49,548 nucleotides of DNA from Candidatus Hydrogenedentota bacterium (GCA_903932505.1 CAIZGN010000689.1:1-49548); one strand, 5' to 3'. Numbered from the stretch's first letter, positions 16,337 through 25,820 are shown. Notes: a model not told the origin generated them from the sequence alone. A program made the numbers and translations.

Positions 16337-17734
16337 ATGATGTCGATGTTTACGCGGAAGAATCTTGGCGGGTTTGCCCTTGCGGTCGTGTTGGTTGCGG
16401 GTTTGACGGGATGTCCGGCCACCCGCATCACGATGGCCGTGCCGACAAACGCCGTGGCCTTGGTCATTGATGCCGATCCCCAGACGGGGTTGCTGTCGGC
16501 CGGGCAGACAACTTGGTATAAGTTTGGGGCCGCCGGTGGACGTGAATACACCGTTGCTATCGACAGCAATGCCGCTCCGGGGACGACGGACGCGGGCCTT
16601 GGCGCGTTGAGTCAGGCCTATTATGAAAAAGTAAACGATTCCCGGGGTAACCCCATTCTGCAGACCGCCACAACGACCGCAAAATCAGTGGCCGTGGTTG
16701 CACCAGAGGCGGACCGCGACCTCTATGTGCAATTGACGAACGATTTCCCCGAGACCGTAACGGCGGACGTAAATTACACCATAGCGGTGACGCTCAAGCC
16801 GGATCCGATGAATGAGGGCGAGGTTGGGACGGAACTCAAGGTTACGGATGACCCGACAACGGTGGACTACACGCAGGCCACCCTGCAGTCCGGCACACCA
16901 ACCTGGGTGAAATTCACCAGCGTGAAAGGGGCGAACCTGCACTTGGACGTGAAGGGCGATGCCAAGATCACCGCAGTCTACGCCAGCGATCACCGCACGC
17001 CAGTGAGCGTCGATGCCTCCCTGCTCAATATATTGGATCTGCCCTCCGACGGCGAATATTTCATCGCCCTGAGCACTGACCTCGCCACGCAAACGGTGCT
17101 GGCGGGGCTCGTGAAGGTATCCGTGAATCCGGTATCCATTGCCGATATCACGACCGTGTGGACGCCATCTTCGCCCGCCGTGCAGACCAGCCGTCCGTAC
17201 CTCAAGGAAGCGAAGACCTGGGTGCAGTTTTCGGCCACCATTGGGCAAAACCTCTTTGCAGGGAGCAAGGATGGCACGGTGATCGGAACCGCCTACCAAA
17301 GCGATCTGGTGACCCCCGTCGATCTCAACAACATCCCCGCGACCGGCATCTACGCGCTTGCGCTGCACGCGGTCTCCTCGTCCTACCTTTCCGCATCGAC
17401 TGGCCTGGAACGCGTTTCCGCAGTGCCGACATCGGCGGCCGAGGTGAGTACGCTGTTGTCCGTGACGACGGAGTCGGCCCTCACCTATACCCCGGTGGTA
17501 CTCACCGCCAACGGCGCGACCTGGGTGAAGTTCAACGGGATGCCCGGCGGCTATCTACAGTTCACGGCACGGCCCTACACCGCGCAACTGACCGCAGTCT
17601 ATCTCCCCAGCGGTGGTGTTCTGGGCGACCCGGTAGACGCGCATGCATTGCTGGAGCAAGGCGTTTATGTCGCCCAACTGCGCAGTATCAGCGGCGCAGC
17701 CCGCTCCGAGGTCGAGGTCGCATTGTACTGGTAG
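16337..17734 (+). CDS. lipoprotein with four repeated beta-sandwich (PPC-like) modules
   Basis: Lipobox LVAGLTG|CP; repeated T-W-[YV]-[KQ]-F and G-x-Y-x-x-x-L motifs; Thr/Val/Ala rich. Confidence 0.75.
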   Translation: MMSMFTRKNLGGFALAVVLVAGLTGCPATRITMAVPTNAVALVIDADPQTGLLSAGQTTWYKFGAAGGREYTVAIDSNAAPGTTDAGLGALSQAYYEKVNDSRGNPILQTATTTAKSVAVVAPEADRDLYVQLTNDFPETVTADVNYTIAVTLKPDPMNEGEVGTELKVTDDPTTVDYTQATLQSGTPTWVKFTSVKGANLHLDVKGDAKITAVYASDHRTPVSVDASLLNILDLPSDGEYFIALSTDLATQTVLAGLVKVSVNPVSIADITTVWTPSSPAVQTSRPYLKEAKTWVQFSATIGQNLFAGSKDGTVIGTAYQSDLVTPVDLNNIPATGIYALALHAVSSSYLSASTGLERVSAVPTSAAEVSTLLSVTTESALTYTPVVLTANGATWVKFNGMPGGYLQFTARPYTAQLTAVYLPSGGVLGDPVDAHALLEQGVYVAQLRSISGAARSEVEVALYW

Positions 17735-18062
17735 GCGCAATCCGACCTGCTATATCCAAGCGCACCGTTATCCCGCATCCCACGGAACCGCGCAAGCCAA
17801 GTCCGAGAGATTGCAGATAGCTGGCGTGTCCTGCATATTCCCTTACTTTTCGGTACCCACAGGTCTGAATTGTAAGGGAATTCCCCAAAAAACCGACAAA
17901 CGAATCCCTCATGACCTCTAAGCTACACGTTTTTGCAGTTCTGACGTGGAATTTCAAGGGGTGGATTGAGTTCGTTTTGACCAAGGGGGTACTATCATCA
18001 TAGAGTCCGTTTGAGCCAATAGACGCCCATCTTTCGTGCGGTCCCAACCCAGGAGTTCGGTG

Positions 18063-19778
18063 ATGCATCCCATTTCGCCACAGTCCGTTGTCTTCGCATT
18101 CATTTTTCTCATGGTGCTTACCCTAGTCTGCGCGACAAGACCTGCCCTTGCAGCCGGTGTGCCGACACCTGGGCAGATGGCGTGGCACGAAATGGAAATC
18201 GAGATGTTGTTGTGTCTTGATCCGTGCACTTGGCAGGGGCGCGAATACGATAACCACACGACGCCGCAGGACCAGGTGAATCCTACCCAACTCGACACCG
18301 ATCAATGGTGCCAGGCCGCCCAATCCTTTGGTGCCAGACAGATCGTGTTTGTGGCCAAGCACACGGGCGGATTCTGCTGGTGGCAGACAGAGACCAGCAA
18401 CTACGGAATCCGCAACACGCCCTACAAAGGGGGCAAAGGTGATGTGCTGGCCGAATTGTCCCAAAGTTGCCGCAAGTATGGCCTCAAACTGGGGATATAC
18501 CTGTATCCCGGCGATGAACAGTGGGGTGCCGGCATCGGAAGCGGCGGACGCACCAAGAACCCCGCCCGTCAGGAGGCTTACAACGCCGTCTTGCGGCAGC
18601 AATGGACCGAAGTTCTGTCCCGCTATGGAGAGATTTCCGAACTTTGGTTTGACGGAAGTTGTGTCATTGAACTGGGCGACGTGATTAAGCAATGGGCACC
18701 CTCCGCGATGGTGTTTCAAGGCCCGCATGCCACCTTGCGATGGCCCGGCAACGAAAAAGGCATCGCGCCCTATCCCGCTTGGCAGACCGTGGACAAAGCC
18801 GCCGCCGCAACCGGGGTTTCGACCGGCAAAGACAGCAATCCGGACGGCGATGTGTGGTTGCCAATGGAAATGGACACAACCCTGCTCGACCACAAGTGGT
18901 TTTGGGGCCCGGATACTGACCCGATGCTCAAGTCGGTTCAAACATTGATGGATGTCTACTATACGTCCGTGGGTCGAGGTTGTGTGCTCATGCTGAATGC
19001 CACGCCGGACACCACAGGCCGCATCCCGGAATCGCATATCCAGCGCTACCGGGAATTCGGGCGCGCCATTGAAAGTCTGTACGAAAAGCCCAAGGGTGAG
19101 ATATCGGGCACAGGAACCACCCTCGAACTGCGGTTTGCCGGTCCCACACGCGTCAACCGCGTGGTGACCATGGAGGACATCCGCGCCGGGCAGCGTGTAC
19201 GGGCCTATACCCTGGAATGCTTCCGGAATGGCACTTGGAAAAAGTGCCTGACGGGCCAATCCATCGGCTACAAGAAAATTGATGTACTGGAAAGCGCCGA
19301 CATCGATGGACTGCGCCTGTGCATCACCGATGCCTCGGACACGCCCCAAATCAAACGCTTTGCCGCGTACGAGGCACCGGAGTCGACCAACCCTTCCGCT
19401 TCGGTCACGGTGCCGGAAAACCACTGGAAGCTCGTGGACACAGAGAAGCCGATTCGGGCCACCACCACATGGATCCCCATTGAGATTCCGTTGACCGCCC
19501 GTATTCAGACACCCGGCGAATATGAAATCGAGTTGCGAACAAAAGACGAAAAGGCAGCGGTGAAAGTGAAGAACGCCGTGATCCTGATGGGTGGCACAGA
19601 AGCCCCGCGGCTCATCCGATCCCTCGGGCGCGGCAACGCATGGCGTATCAGCCGAACGGACCAAGTGACCCCGGATGAACATGGCGTGACGCTCCTGCGC
19701 CTCGAACTTCGTGTGCGCGGCGGGGAAGAAACTCCGGTGGAGTTCTTCGTGCGTCCTGCCGAAAACAAACCGGACTGA
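18063..19778 (+). CDS. alpha-L-fucosidase, GH29, secreted, with C-terminal beta-sandwich domains
   Basis: PTPGQMAWHEME, VAKHTGGFCWW, GIYLYP, ELWFDG, WPGNEKG, SVGRGCVLMLN, EDIRAGQRV, SIGYKKI. Confidence 0.92.
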   Translation: MHPISPQSVVFAFIFLMVLTLVCATRPALAAGVPTPGQMAWHEMEIEMLLCLDPCTWQGREYDNHTTPQDQVNPTQLDTDQWCQAAQSFGARQIVFVAKHTGGFCWWQTETSNYGIRNTPYKGGKGDVLAELSQSCRKYGLKLGIYLYPGDEQWGAGIGSGGRTKNPARQEAYNAVLRQQWTEVLSRYGEISELWFDGSCVIELGDVIKQWAPSAMVFQGPHATLRWPGNEKGIAPYPAWQTVDKAAAATGVSTGKDSNPDGDVWLPMEMDTTLLDHKWFWGPDTDPMLKSVQTLMDVYYTSVGRGCVLMLNATPDTTGRIPESHIQRYREFGRAIESLYEKPKGEISGTGTTLELRFAGPTRVNRVVTMEDIRAGQRVRAYTLECFRNGTWKKCLTGQSIGYKKIDVLESADIDGLRLCITDASDTPQIKRFAAYEAPESTNPSASVTVPENHWKLVDTEKPIRATTTWIPIEIPLTARIQTPGEYEIELRTKDEKAAVKVKNAVILMGGTEAPRLIRSLGRGNAWRISRTDQVTPDEHGVTLLRLELRVRGGEETPVEFFVRPAENKPD

Positions 19779-19886
19779 CTCGCCAAGCCTCCGGGGCGGG
19801 GCATGGTTCTGCATTGGCGGGAGTTGACGAAGGGCATCGAACAACTGGACAAGCGGGAGGACGGCAATGAAGGAATGGACACCTGA
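19779..19886 (+). pseudogene. possible 3' remnant of a PadR-family regulator
   Basis: Frame reading ..GMVLHWRELTKGIEQLDKREDG.. overlaps the start of the HAAS-like gene and resembles the PadR C-terminal helix; no wHTH part present. Confidence 0.4.
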
Positions 19887-22488
19887 GGCACGGCAGCGGC
19901 TGGACAACTATCTTGATGAACTGAAGCGATGGGCCGAGGCTTCAGGACAGGATGGGGCTGAGATCACGGAGGGGATCCGGTCGCACGTGGAGGCGGAACT
20001 CAACGAGGCACCGGGCGAACCCGTCACCGAGGAAATGCTGCAAAGGAAACTCGCCGCGCTTGGGGCTGCGCAGGAGATTATCGCGCCGGACATGAAACCA
20101 GCGGACGCTTCGGGCGACAGTGCCTGGAAGCGAAGCAGCAAGGGCCAAATTCTAGGTCTTGTCCGCATTTTTCCCTTGTTGACGCTATGCACCGCCATAT
20201 TTGCCATTCTCTTTGAGTTCGTGGTTGGCATCATGTCGGAATTGTACATTGATCCGATGCCGGACTTGGGTCACTTGGCAGGGCTTATTCTCATTGTGGT
20301 CGGGCTGGGCCTGGGGGATGATTTTCGAAAAAAAGAGGCAGACCGCATCGGCGACTGGTTCAAATCATGGGTCTACATTCTGAACGGCTTTGCCGTCGTG
20401 TTGTCCTTCCTCTACTTCCTGGTATATGTGCCCGTTCTTCCCTTGGCGGCGATCTGCTGCCTTGTCTTGCTTGGATTCATGGGCTTTGCACCCCTGATGT
20501 GCTTCATGTTGAGCGTGGTGCAACTCAGTCAGCTCTGGGATCGATGCGGCGAACTGGGCGTGACCCGTGCCTGGGCGCTTAAGCGAATGGCTCTCGGGGT
20601 CGTGCTGGTGGGGGCGCTGGTCGGTCCCTCGCATATTCGCTCCGCAGTCACGGAATGGGCCGTCCGAAAAGCGCTGTCAGACAATGTGCAGGCGCAGATA
20701 CAGGGGCAGTGGTGGCTGAAGCGCCTTGGCAATGTCGAGAGCTTGGTACATAGCGCCTCGGGCCGCTTCCCCGGCATGGATTTCGATGGGGATGCGAATA
20801 TGTCGCGCTGGTCGCTGTATTACAAGATCACCGGAAAATCGCCAAGATTAGCATCGACACAGTCGGTCAGCCCCCTCTGGCGGAGTCCCCTCCATCTGAT
20901 CGATGTCCATGCGCAACGCGCGGTTGACCCCTGTTTGCTTTCCAGCACAATGGATGGCGCGGTGGATACCGGGACTGCAACCGCTTATCTGGAATGGACC
21001 CTCGAGTTTCGCAATGAGCAGGAGTGGGATCAATCCGTGCTGGGGCACATTCGTCTTCCCTATGGTGCGGTGGGCAGCCGACTGACATTGTGGGTGAATG
21101 GAGAACCCTGCGAAGCGGCTTATGGCACGCGCAATCAGGCGGTGCAAGCCTACCGCGATGTGGCGATCTCGCAGCGCCGTGATCCTGCCCTGCTGACAGT
21201 ATCGGGTTCGAATTCGGTCGCGCTTGAGTGTTTCCCCGTACCCTCCCATGGAACCCTGAAAGTGAAGGTGGGATTCACCATTCCGCTGGAATTGTGCGAT
21301 TCCAGCGCGGTGCTTACCCTGCCCTTTTTCGAGGGTCGGACCTTCGATCGGCCCGATTCAGTGTGCCGTTCCATCTGGATAGAAAGTCGCGCTCCGATGG
21401 AGACCGGAATCCCCGGTATCGAAGTCGAGACGCGGGCGGATGGCCGGACGGTATTGCAGGGCAAGGTTCCCGAAATCCAATTCGAACAGCCCGGTACGGC
21501 CATAATACGCATCCCTCAAGCTATCGCGGTTCCCGCGAGTGCCGATTCTGCGCTGTCCGAGACCCGCGCCACGGTTCACCTCGATGCCGGGCAAGCGGTC
21601 ACACCGGCACTGTGCCTGATCATTGATGGTTCAGTTGGTATGGCGGAGGCCATGGCGAAGATGGACTGGAATGCTCTAATCGAGGCACTGCCAACTGGAA
21701 GCCAGATTCGCGCGATACAAACGGGCCCACTTCCGCGTGTTTGGAAGGAGGAATTCGCACCGCCATCGCCCGAGCTGGTAGCCTGGCTGAAAGGGCTCAC
21801 CTACGAAGGCGGGCAGGACCCGGCACCGGCCTTGGAGAAAGCGTGGGAATGGGCTGCGGGACAAGCCAATGGCGCAATTCTTTGGGTCCACGACGCATTA
21901 CCGATCGAACTTTCGAGTGTAGAGGGGCTCCAGCAGCGCATGCGCCGTCAGCCGCAATCGGCCAACGGCGCGCCGATAGTTTTGTATGCACTGGGATATA
22001 CGAGCGAAAACAACGTGGTGATGGAGAAGCTGGACACGGCACCCATGATACGTCCCTTGCCAATATTGTCCGATGCCAAAGAGACGAGCAGTCATGCCGT
22101 GCGGCAAATTGCTGGGGCGCTACCCCGGGCCCGCTATGAACTCTTGCCCAATGGCCCGGCGGATGGCCCCGCCTCCCCTGACAAGGGGCACGGCGCACGG
22201 CTGGCGGTCGCAGAGCGGGTGCGGCTGATGGCGTGGCAGGGCACGCCCCAAGAAAAAGCGGAAGCCACCAAGCTGGCCATGTCGAACCGCCTGGTGACGC
22301 CACTGAGCGGTGCGGTGGTACTCCAAACGGCGCAGCAGTACAAAGACCACAACCTGAATCCGTCCAACGACCTCGATGCGGTACCCATCGTACCCGAGCC
22401 AGAGGAATGGGCACTCATCGCCGTGGCTTTCCTTGCCGCCACGGTGGCTTGGTCGCGACACCGGAAACTGGGTCGCGCGAAAACATGA
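19867..22488 (+). CDS. multi-TM VIT/vWA-domain protein with N-terminal HAAS-like domain and C-terminal PEP-CTERM-type sorting signal
   Basis: YLDELKR..EITEGIRSHVE..LGAAQEI; ~5 TM helices; VIT AYLEWTLEFRN..LPYGAVGSRLTLWVNGEPCEAA..RRDPALL..CFPVP; vWA IIDGSVGM; VTPLSGAVVL; VPEPEEWALIAVAFLAATVAWSRHRK. Confidence 0.9.
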   Translation: MKEWTPEARQRLDNYLDELKRWAEASGQDGAEITEGIRSHVEAELNEAPGEPVTEEMLQRKLAALGAAQEIIAPDMKPADASGDSAWKRSSKGQILGLVRIFPLLTLCTAIFAILFEFVVGIMSELYIDPMPDLGHLAGLILIVVGLGLGDDFRKKEADRIGDWFKSWVYILNGFAVVLSFLYFLVYVPVLPLAAICCLVLLGFMGFAPLMCFMLSVVQLSQLWDRCGELGVTRAWALKRMALGVVLVGALVGPSHIRSAVTEWAVRKALSDNVQAQIQGQWWLKRLGNVESLVHSASGRFPGMDFDGDANMSRWSLYYKITGKSPRLASTQSVSPLWRSPLHLIDVHAQRAVDPCLLSSTMDGAVDTGTATAYLEWTLEFRNEQEWDQSVLGHIRLPYGAVGSRLTLWVNGEPCEAAYGTRNQAVQAYRDVAISQRRDPALLTVSGSNSVALECFPVPSHGTLKVKVGFTIPLELCDSSAVLTLPFFEGRTFDRPDSVCRSIWIESRAPMETGIPGIEVETRADGRTVLQGKVPEIQFEQPGTAIIRIPQAIAVPASADSALSETRATVHLDAGQAVTPALCLIIDGSVGMAEAMAKMDWNALIEALPTGSQIRAIQTGPLPRVWKEEFAPPSPELVAWLKGLTYEGGQDPAPALEKAWEWAAGQANGAILWVHDALPIELSSVEGLQQRMRRQPQSANGAPIVLYALGYTSENNVVMEKLDTAPMIRPLPILSDAKETSSHAVRQIAGALPRARYELLPNGPADGPASPDKGHGARLAVAERVRLMAWQGTPQEKAEATKLAMSNRLVTPLSGAVVLQTAQQYKDHNLNPSNDLDAVPIVPEPEEWALIAVAFLAATVAWSRHRKLGRAKT

Positions 22489-23894
22489 GTCCGAAATCCG
22501 CAGCCGGACACCGGGCGAACGGCACCACTCCTTTGTTCTACATCGGTGCCGGATTGGCGGGCGGGTGGGCAGCGGAAGGGTGGTTGCTCCAGCGTTGGGT
22601 CTCCGGGCAACCCTGGATTCCGGTGGTGGTACTCGGGGTGTGGGCCGTGCAGCGCTGCACCCGGGTTCCGGTGGCACGGGAGCGGTGTGATGTGGCCTTC
22701 AGTTGGCTTGTCGCGTCGACCGGGCTTCTGACCGCCTACGCCCTGCTTTGCCATACCCTTCCCCGACTCCTCTCCACGGGCTTGCTGACCACCAGTCTGG
22801 CCTGCATTGCATTAGCCGTCACGCCGCAGCCCTCTCGCTCGTGGTCCTGGCTGCCGCTGGCCATTGTGATCCTGCCGCTCGGGCCACCACTGGATTTTTT
22901 CTGCGCGTATCCCTTGCGCCGGGTCAGCGGTGTCCTCGCCGAGGGCATGCTGTGGGGGCAGGCGCAGCTCGATGGTCTCGCGCTTTCCGATGGCACCCGC
23001 CAAGTCCTGCTCGATGCGCCGTGCAGCGGCATCCACATGCTGGGTGTGGGGCTGCTGCTGGCCACTTTGCTCGCCGGATACACGGAACTCACCTTGTGGC
23101 GCACAGGCCTGCTGCTTGTCCTCACCCTGATGGCTATCGTTCTCGGAAACGCTCTGCGTGCGGCCTCGCTGTTCTTGGTGGAGACCCGATTCCCGCTGGG
23201 CGAACTCTTTCATAGCGGTGTGGGCTTGATAATCTTTCTGGCGGTGTCACTCGCGATGATGGCATTCGCCTGGCGACTTCGCGTAGTTCCAGGCGCGGCC
23301 CCGGACAAGCCGGAACGAGTCGCGGGTTACCTTTGTCGCGCGTTCTTTTTTCTATCCGCAGTGGCCGCCGCTGCATCGCCCCTTTTGGCGGAATCCAAAG
23401 CGCATAGGGGCGCTCCCCCGGAACTCGCTGGTATTGTCTGGCCGAAAACGTGGGAGGGAGCGCCCCTGGTCGCAGCGCCTATTCCACCAGAATGGGCGGG
23501 AGCCGAAAACTTGTTTGGAGGGCGCATGGCCCAGTTCCGGTGCGGCGAGGCCATGGTTCTACTGCGGCTCACCCCGGAGGTTTCCCGAGCCTTGCACGAA
23601 TCGCGCCGGTGCTACGAAGCCTTCGGCTGGCACTGCGCCACCCTGCCGGGCTGGCGCGACCCGCAGGGGCGGCTGTGGAGCAGTTTTTCCGCAACGCATC
23701 CCGACGGCCGCAAACGCGTTGTCCGGGAATGCTTCATGCGCGTGTCTGCACCCGTTTTGCCCGCCGCGCTGGAAGATCTACCTGCCAGGGGACACACCTG
23801 GCCCGATGCCTCCAGCTGGTACTGGGCATCGGCAATACCCGGCACAGAACCAGCATTAAACCTGGCAATTACCCGCGTAGCACCGCAAGGATAG
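22485..23894 (+). CDS. exosortase/archaeosortase-family protein with fused C-terminal EpsI-like domain
   Basis: YPLR, DAPCSG (catalytic Cys), GNALRA (Arg), LFHSGVG (His), multiple TMs; C-terminal WPKTWEG...RALHESRRCYEAFGW; ATGA overlap with the VIT gene. Confidence 0.9.
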   Translation: MSPKSAAGHRANGTTPLFYIGAGLAGGWAAEGWLLQRWVSGQPWIPVVVLGVWAVQRCTRVPVARERCDVAFSWLVASTGLLTAYALLCHTLPRLLSTGLLTTSLACIALAVTPQPSRSWSWLPLAIVILPLGPPLDFFCAYPLRRVSGVLAEGMLWGQAQLDGLALSDGTRQVLLDAPCSGIHMLGVGLLLATLLAGYTELTLWRTGLLLVLTLMAIVLGNALRAASLFLVETRFPLGELFHSGVGLIIFLAVSLAMMAFAWRLRVVPGAAPDKPERVAGYLCRAFFFLSAVAAAASPLLAESKAHRGAPPELAGIVWPKTWEGAPLVAAPIPPEWAGAENLFGGRMAQFRCGEAMVLLRLTPEVSRALHESRRCYEAFGWHCATLPGWRDPQGRLWSSFSATHPDGRKRVVRECFMRVSAPVLPAALEDLPARGHTWPDASSWYWASAIPGTEPALNLAITRVAPQG

Positions 23895-23907
23895 GCCAAG
23901 ACCTTCG

Positions 23908-23945
23908 CCCTGGGAGCGCCGGCATCCCTGCCGGCGCTCCCAGGG
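23908..23945. repeat. REP-like perfect palindrome between convergent genes
   Basis: CCCTGGGAGCGCCGGCA-TCCC-TGCCGGCGCTCCCAGGG, 17-bp perfect stem. Confidence 0.75.
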
Positions 23946-23951
23946 AAACGC

Positions 23952-25049
23952 TCAACCAAAAAAATCGCGAACCGCCAAGGCGACCTGTTCGACTTCCTCC
24001 ATCGGCAGATCGGGGTGCAGCGGCAGCGAAAGGACTTCGTGGGCGGCACGCTCTGCTTCCGGGAAAGAGCCCGGGCCAAGCTGGAGGCGTTGATAGACCT
24101 CTTGCAGGTGCAGGGGCACGGGGTAGTGCATGAGGGTGGCGACACCGCGTTCGCGAAGGTGCTCGGCCAGAGCATCGCGCTGCGGAGTGCGTATCACGAA
24201 AAGATGGTAGTTGGCAGTGGCCCACGGAGCCTCGTGCGGCAGGCGCAGGGGAAATCCGGCGAGTAGCTCGTGGTAGCGTTGGGCGCGCTGACGTCGGGCG
24301 TCATTGGCCCAGTCGAGGTGGCGCAGCTTCACCCGCAGGATGGCGGCTTGGATTTCATCGAGACGGCTGTTGACGCCGTCGCAGACGTGGTGATAGCGGC
24401 GGTCCTCGCCGTAGTTGCGCAGGCGGCGCAGGCGTCCCCGAATCTCGTCGGAATCGGTGGCAATCGCTCCGGCGTCGCCGTAGGCGCCGAGGTTTTTGGA
24501 GGGGTAGAAGCTGAAGGCGGCGGCAGCCCCGAAGCGTCCACAAGGGCGTTCCCGGTAGCATGCACCGTGCGCCTGCGCACAGTCCTCCACAACGACCAAG
24601 CCGTGCCGCTGCGCGATGGCCAATATGGCGTCCATGTCGCAGGGATGCCCGTAGAGGTGCACGGGCACAATGGCTTTAGTCTTTTCGGTGATGGCCCGCT
24701 CGAGGGCTTGGGGTGACATCGTGAGCGTGCCCGGATCAACGTCTGCAAGTTGCAGCTCACCACCGGCGGCGATGATGCCAACGGCGGTGGGCACACAGGT
24801 GTTGGCGGCCGTGATCACGCCATCGCCCCGGATCACACCCGCCGCAGCGAGCGCGAGATGGATGGCATCGGTGCCGGAGGCAACGCCAACGGCGTGCGCA
24901 GCGCCGAGGTGGGCGGCGAACTCGTTTTCAAAGGCTTCAAGCTGTTTGCCGAGGATATACCATCCCGCCTGAAAAACCTCGTCGATGGCGGCGCGGATTT
25001 CGGTTTCGAGCCTGCGAAATTCAGAGTGGAATTCGAGAAAAGGAATCAT
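23952..25049 (-). CDS. DegT/DnrJ/EryC1/StrS PLP-dependent sugar aminotransferase
   Basis: SGTDAIHLAL, PVHLYG, EDCAQAHGA, FSFYPSKNLGAYGDAG, NSRLDEIQAA. Confidence 0.96.
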   Translation of the reverse strand: MIPFLEFHSEFRRLETEIRAAIDEVFQAGWYILGKQLEAFENEFAAHLGAAHAVGVASGTDAIHLALAAAGVIRGDGVITAANTCVPTAVGIIAAGGELQLADVDPGTLTMSPQALERAITEKTKAIVPVHLYGHPCDMDAILAIAQRHGLVVVEDCAQAHGACYRERPCGRFGAAAAFSFYPSKNLGAYGDAGAIATDSDEIRGRLRRLRNYGEDRRYHHVCDGVNSRLDEIQAAILRVKLRHLDWANDARRQRAQRYHELLAGFPLRLPHEAPWATANYHLFVIRTPQRDALAEHLRERGVATLMHYPVPLHLQEVYQRLQLGPGSFPEAERAAHEVLSLPLHPDLPMEEVEQVALAVRDFFG

Positions 25050-25052
25050 GGC

Positions 25053-25766
25053 CTAGATCTCCTTGCGCAGTATGATGAGCCGGAACCACAATTCCGCCAT
25101 GTTCTTCGCCACATTGGCGATTCGCGGGAAATTGAAGAATTGTGACTTGCCGTGGGCGCGCTCGAAGTGGTGCACCGGTACTTCGGCCACGCGGAATCCG
25201 GCGCGCTGGATTTTGACCATCATTTCGCAGCAGATAATGCCGCTGTTGTGGATCAGGGTAATGCGGTCGAACACGCTGCGGCGAATGAGCCGGAAATCGC
25301 AGTCGACATCGCGCAGACGCAGCCCAAAAGCGGTCTTCACCATCCAGTGGTAGATGCGGCCGATAACCCGCCGGTGCGTGGGGTCGTTGCGGGTGATCTT
25401 GTAACCCTGCACCACATCGACCTCGGGGCTTGCCTGCGCAACGAGCAACTCAAGCTCGCGAACATCATATTGGGCATCGCCATCGGTGTAGAAAATCCAC
25501 TCTTTGCTTCCGGCGGCGAAACCGCTGCGCAAGGCACCGCCATAACCCCGGTTCTTCTCATGGCGCACCACCTTGACCGTGGGATATTTCTCCTCGATGA
25601 TATCGAGCAACTGCAGGGTGTGCGGGCCGCTTCCGTCATCGATCAAGGTAATGTCGTAGTCCAGTCCGAGTCGCTCGGCCGTTTGAACGGTGAGCAATAC
25701 CATGCTTCCCATGGTGCCCCAGTCGTTGTAGCAGGGGTAGAAGATTGAAACCGAGGTCTTGTTCAT
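25053..25766 (-). CDS. glycosyltransferase family 2 (DPM/ArnC-like)
   Basis: FYPCYND, IDDGS, NRGYGGALRSG, YTDGDAQY, DVDCDFRLIR. Confidence 0.93.
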   Translation of the reverse strand: MNKTSVSIFYPCYNDWGTMGSMVLLTVQTAERLGLDYDITLIDDGSGPHTLQLLDIIEEKYPTVKVVRHEKNRGYGGALRSGFAAGSKEWIFYTDGDAQYDVRELELLVAQASPEVDVVQGYKITRNDPTHRRVIGRIYHWMVKTAFGLRLRDVDCDFRLIRRSVFDRITLIHNSGIICCEMMVKIQRAGFRVAEVPVHHFERAHGKSQFFNFPRIANVAKNMAELWFRLIILRKEI

Positions 25767-25820
25767 AGGGCGTTCCAGTAATTGCGGGGGTTGGTGTATT
25801 GCAAGAGGCGGGTCTCTGCT

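Noticed and set aside
17735-18060. ~325-bp intergenic region checked for riboswitch, ncRNA or small ORF
   Set aside because: No recognisable riboswitch, tRNA or stable repeat by eye; an Rfam cmscan would be needed to exclude it.
18123-19907. 594-aa minus-strand ORF
   Set aside because: Antisense to the well-supported GH29 fucosidase; no motifs.
22233-22484. Extended N-terminus of the exosortase ORF
   Set aside because: Lies inside the VIT gene; ATG 22485 overlapping the VIT stop is the more plausible start.
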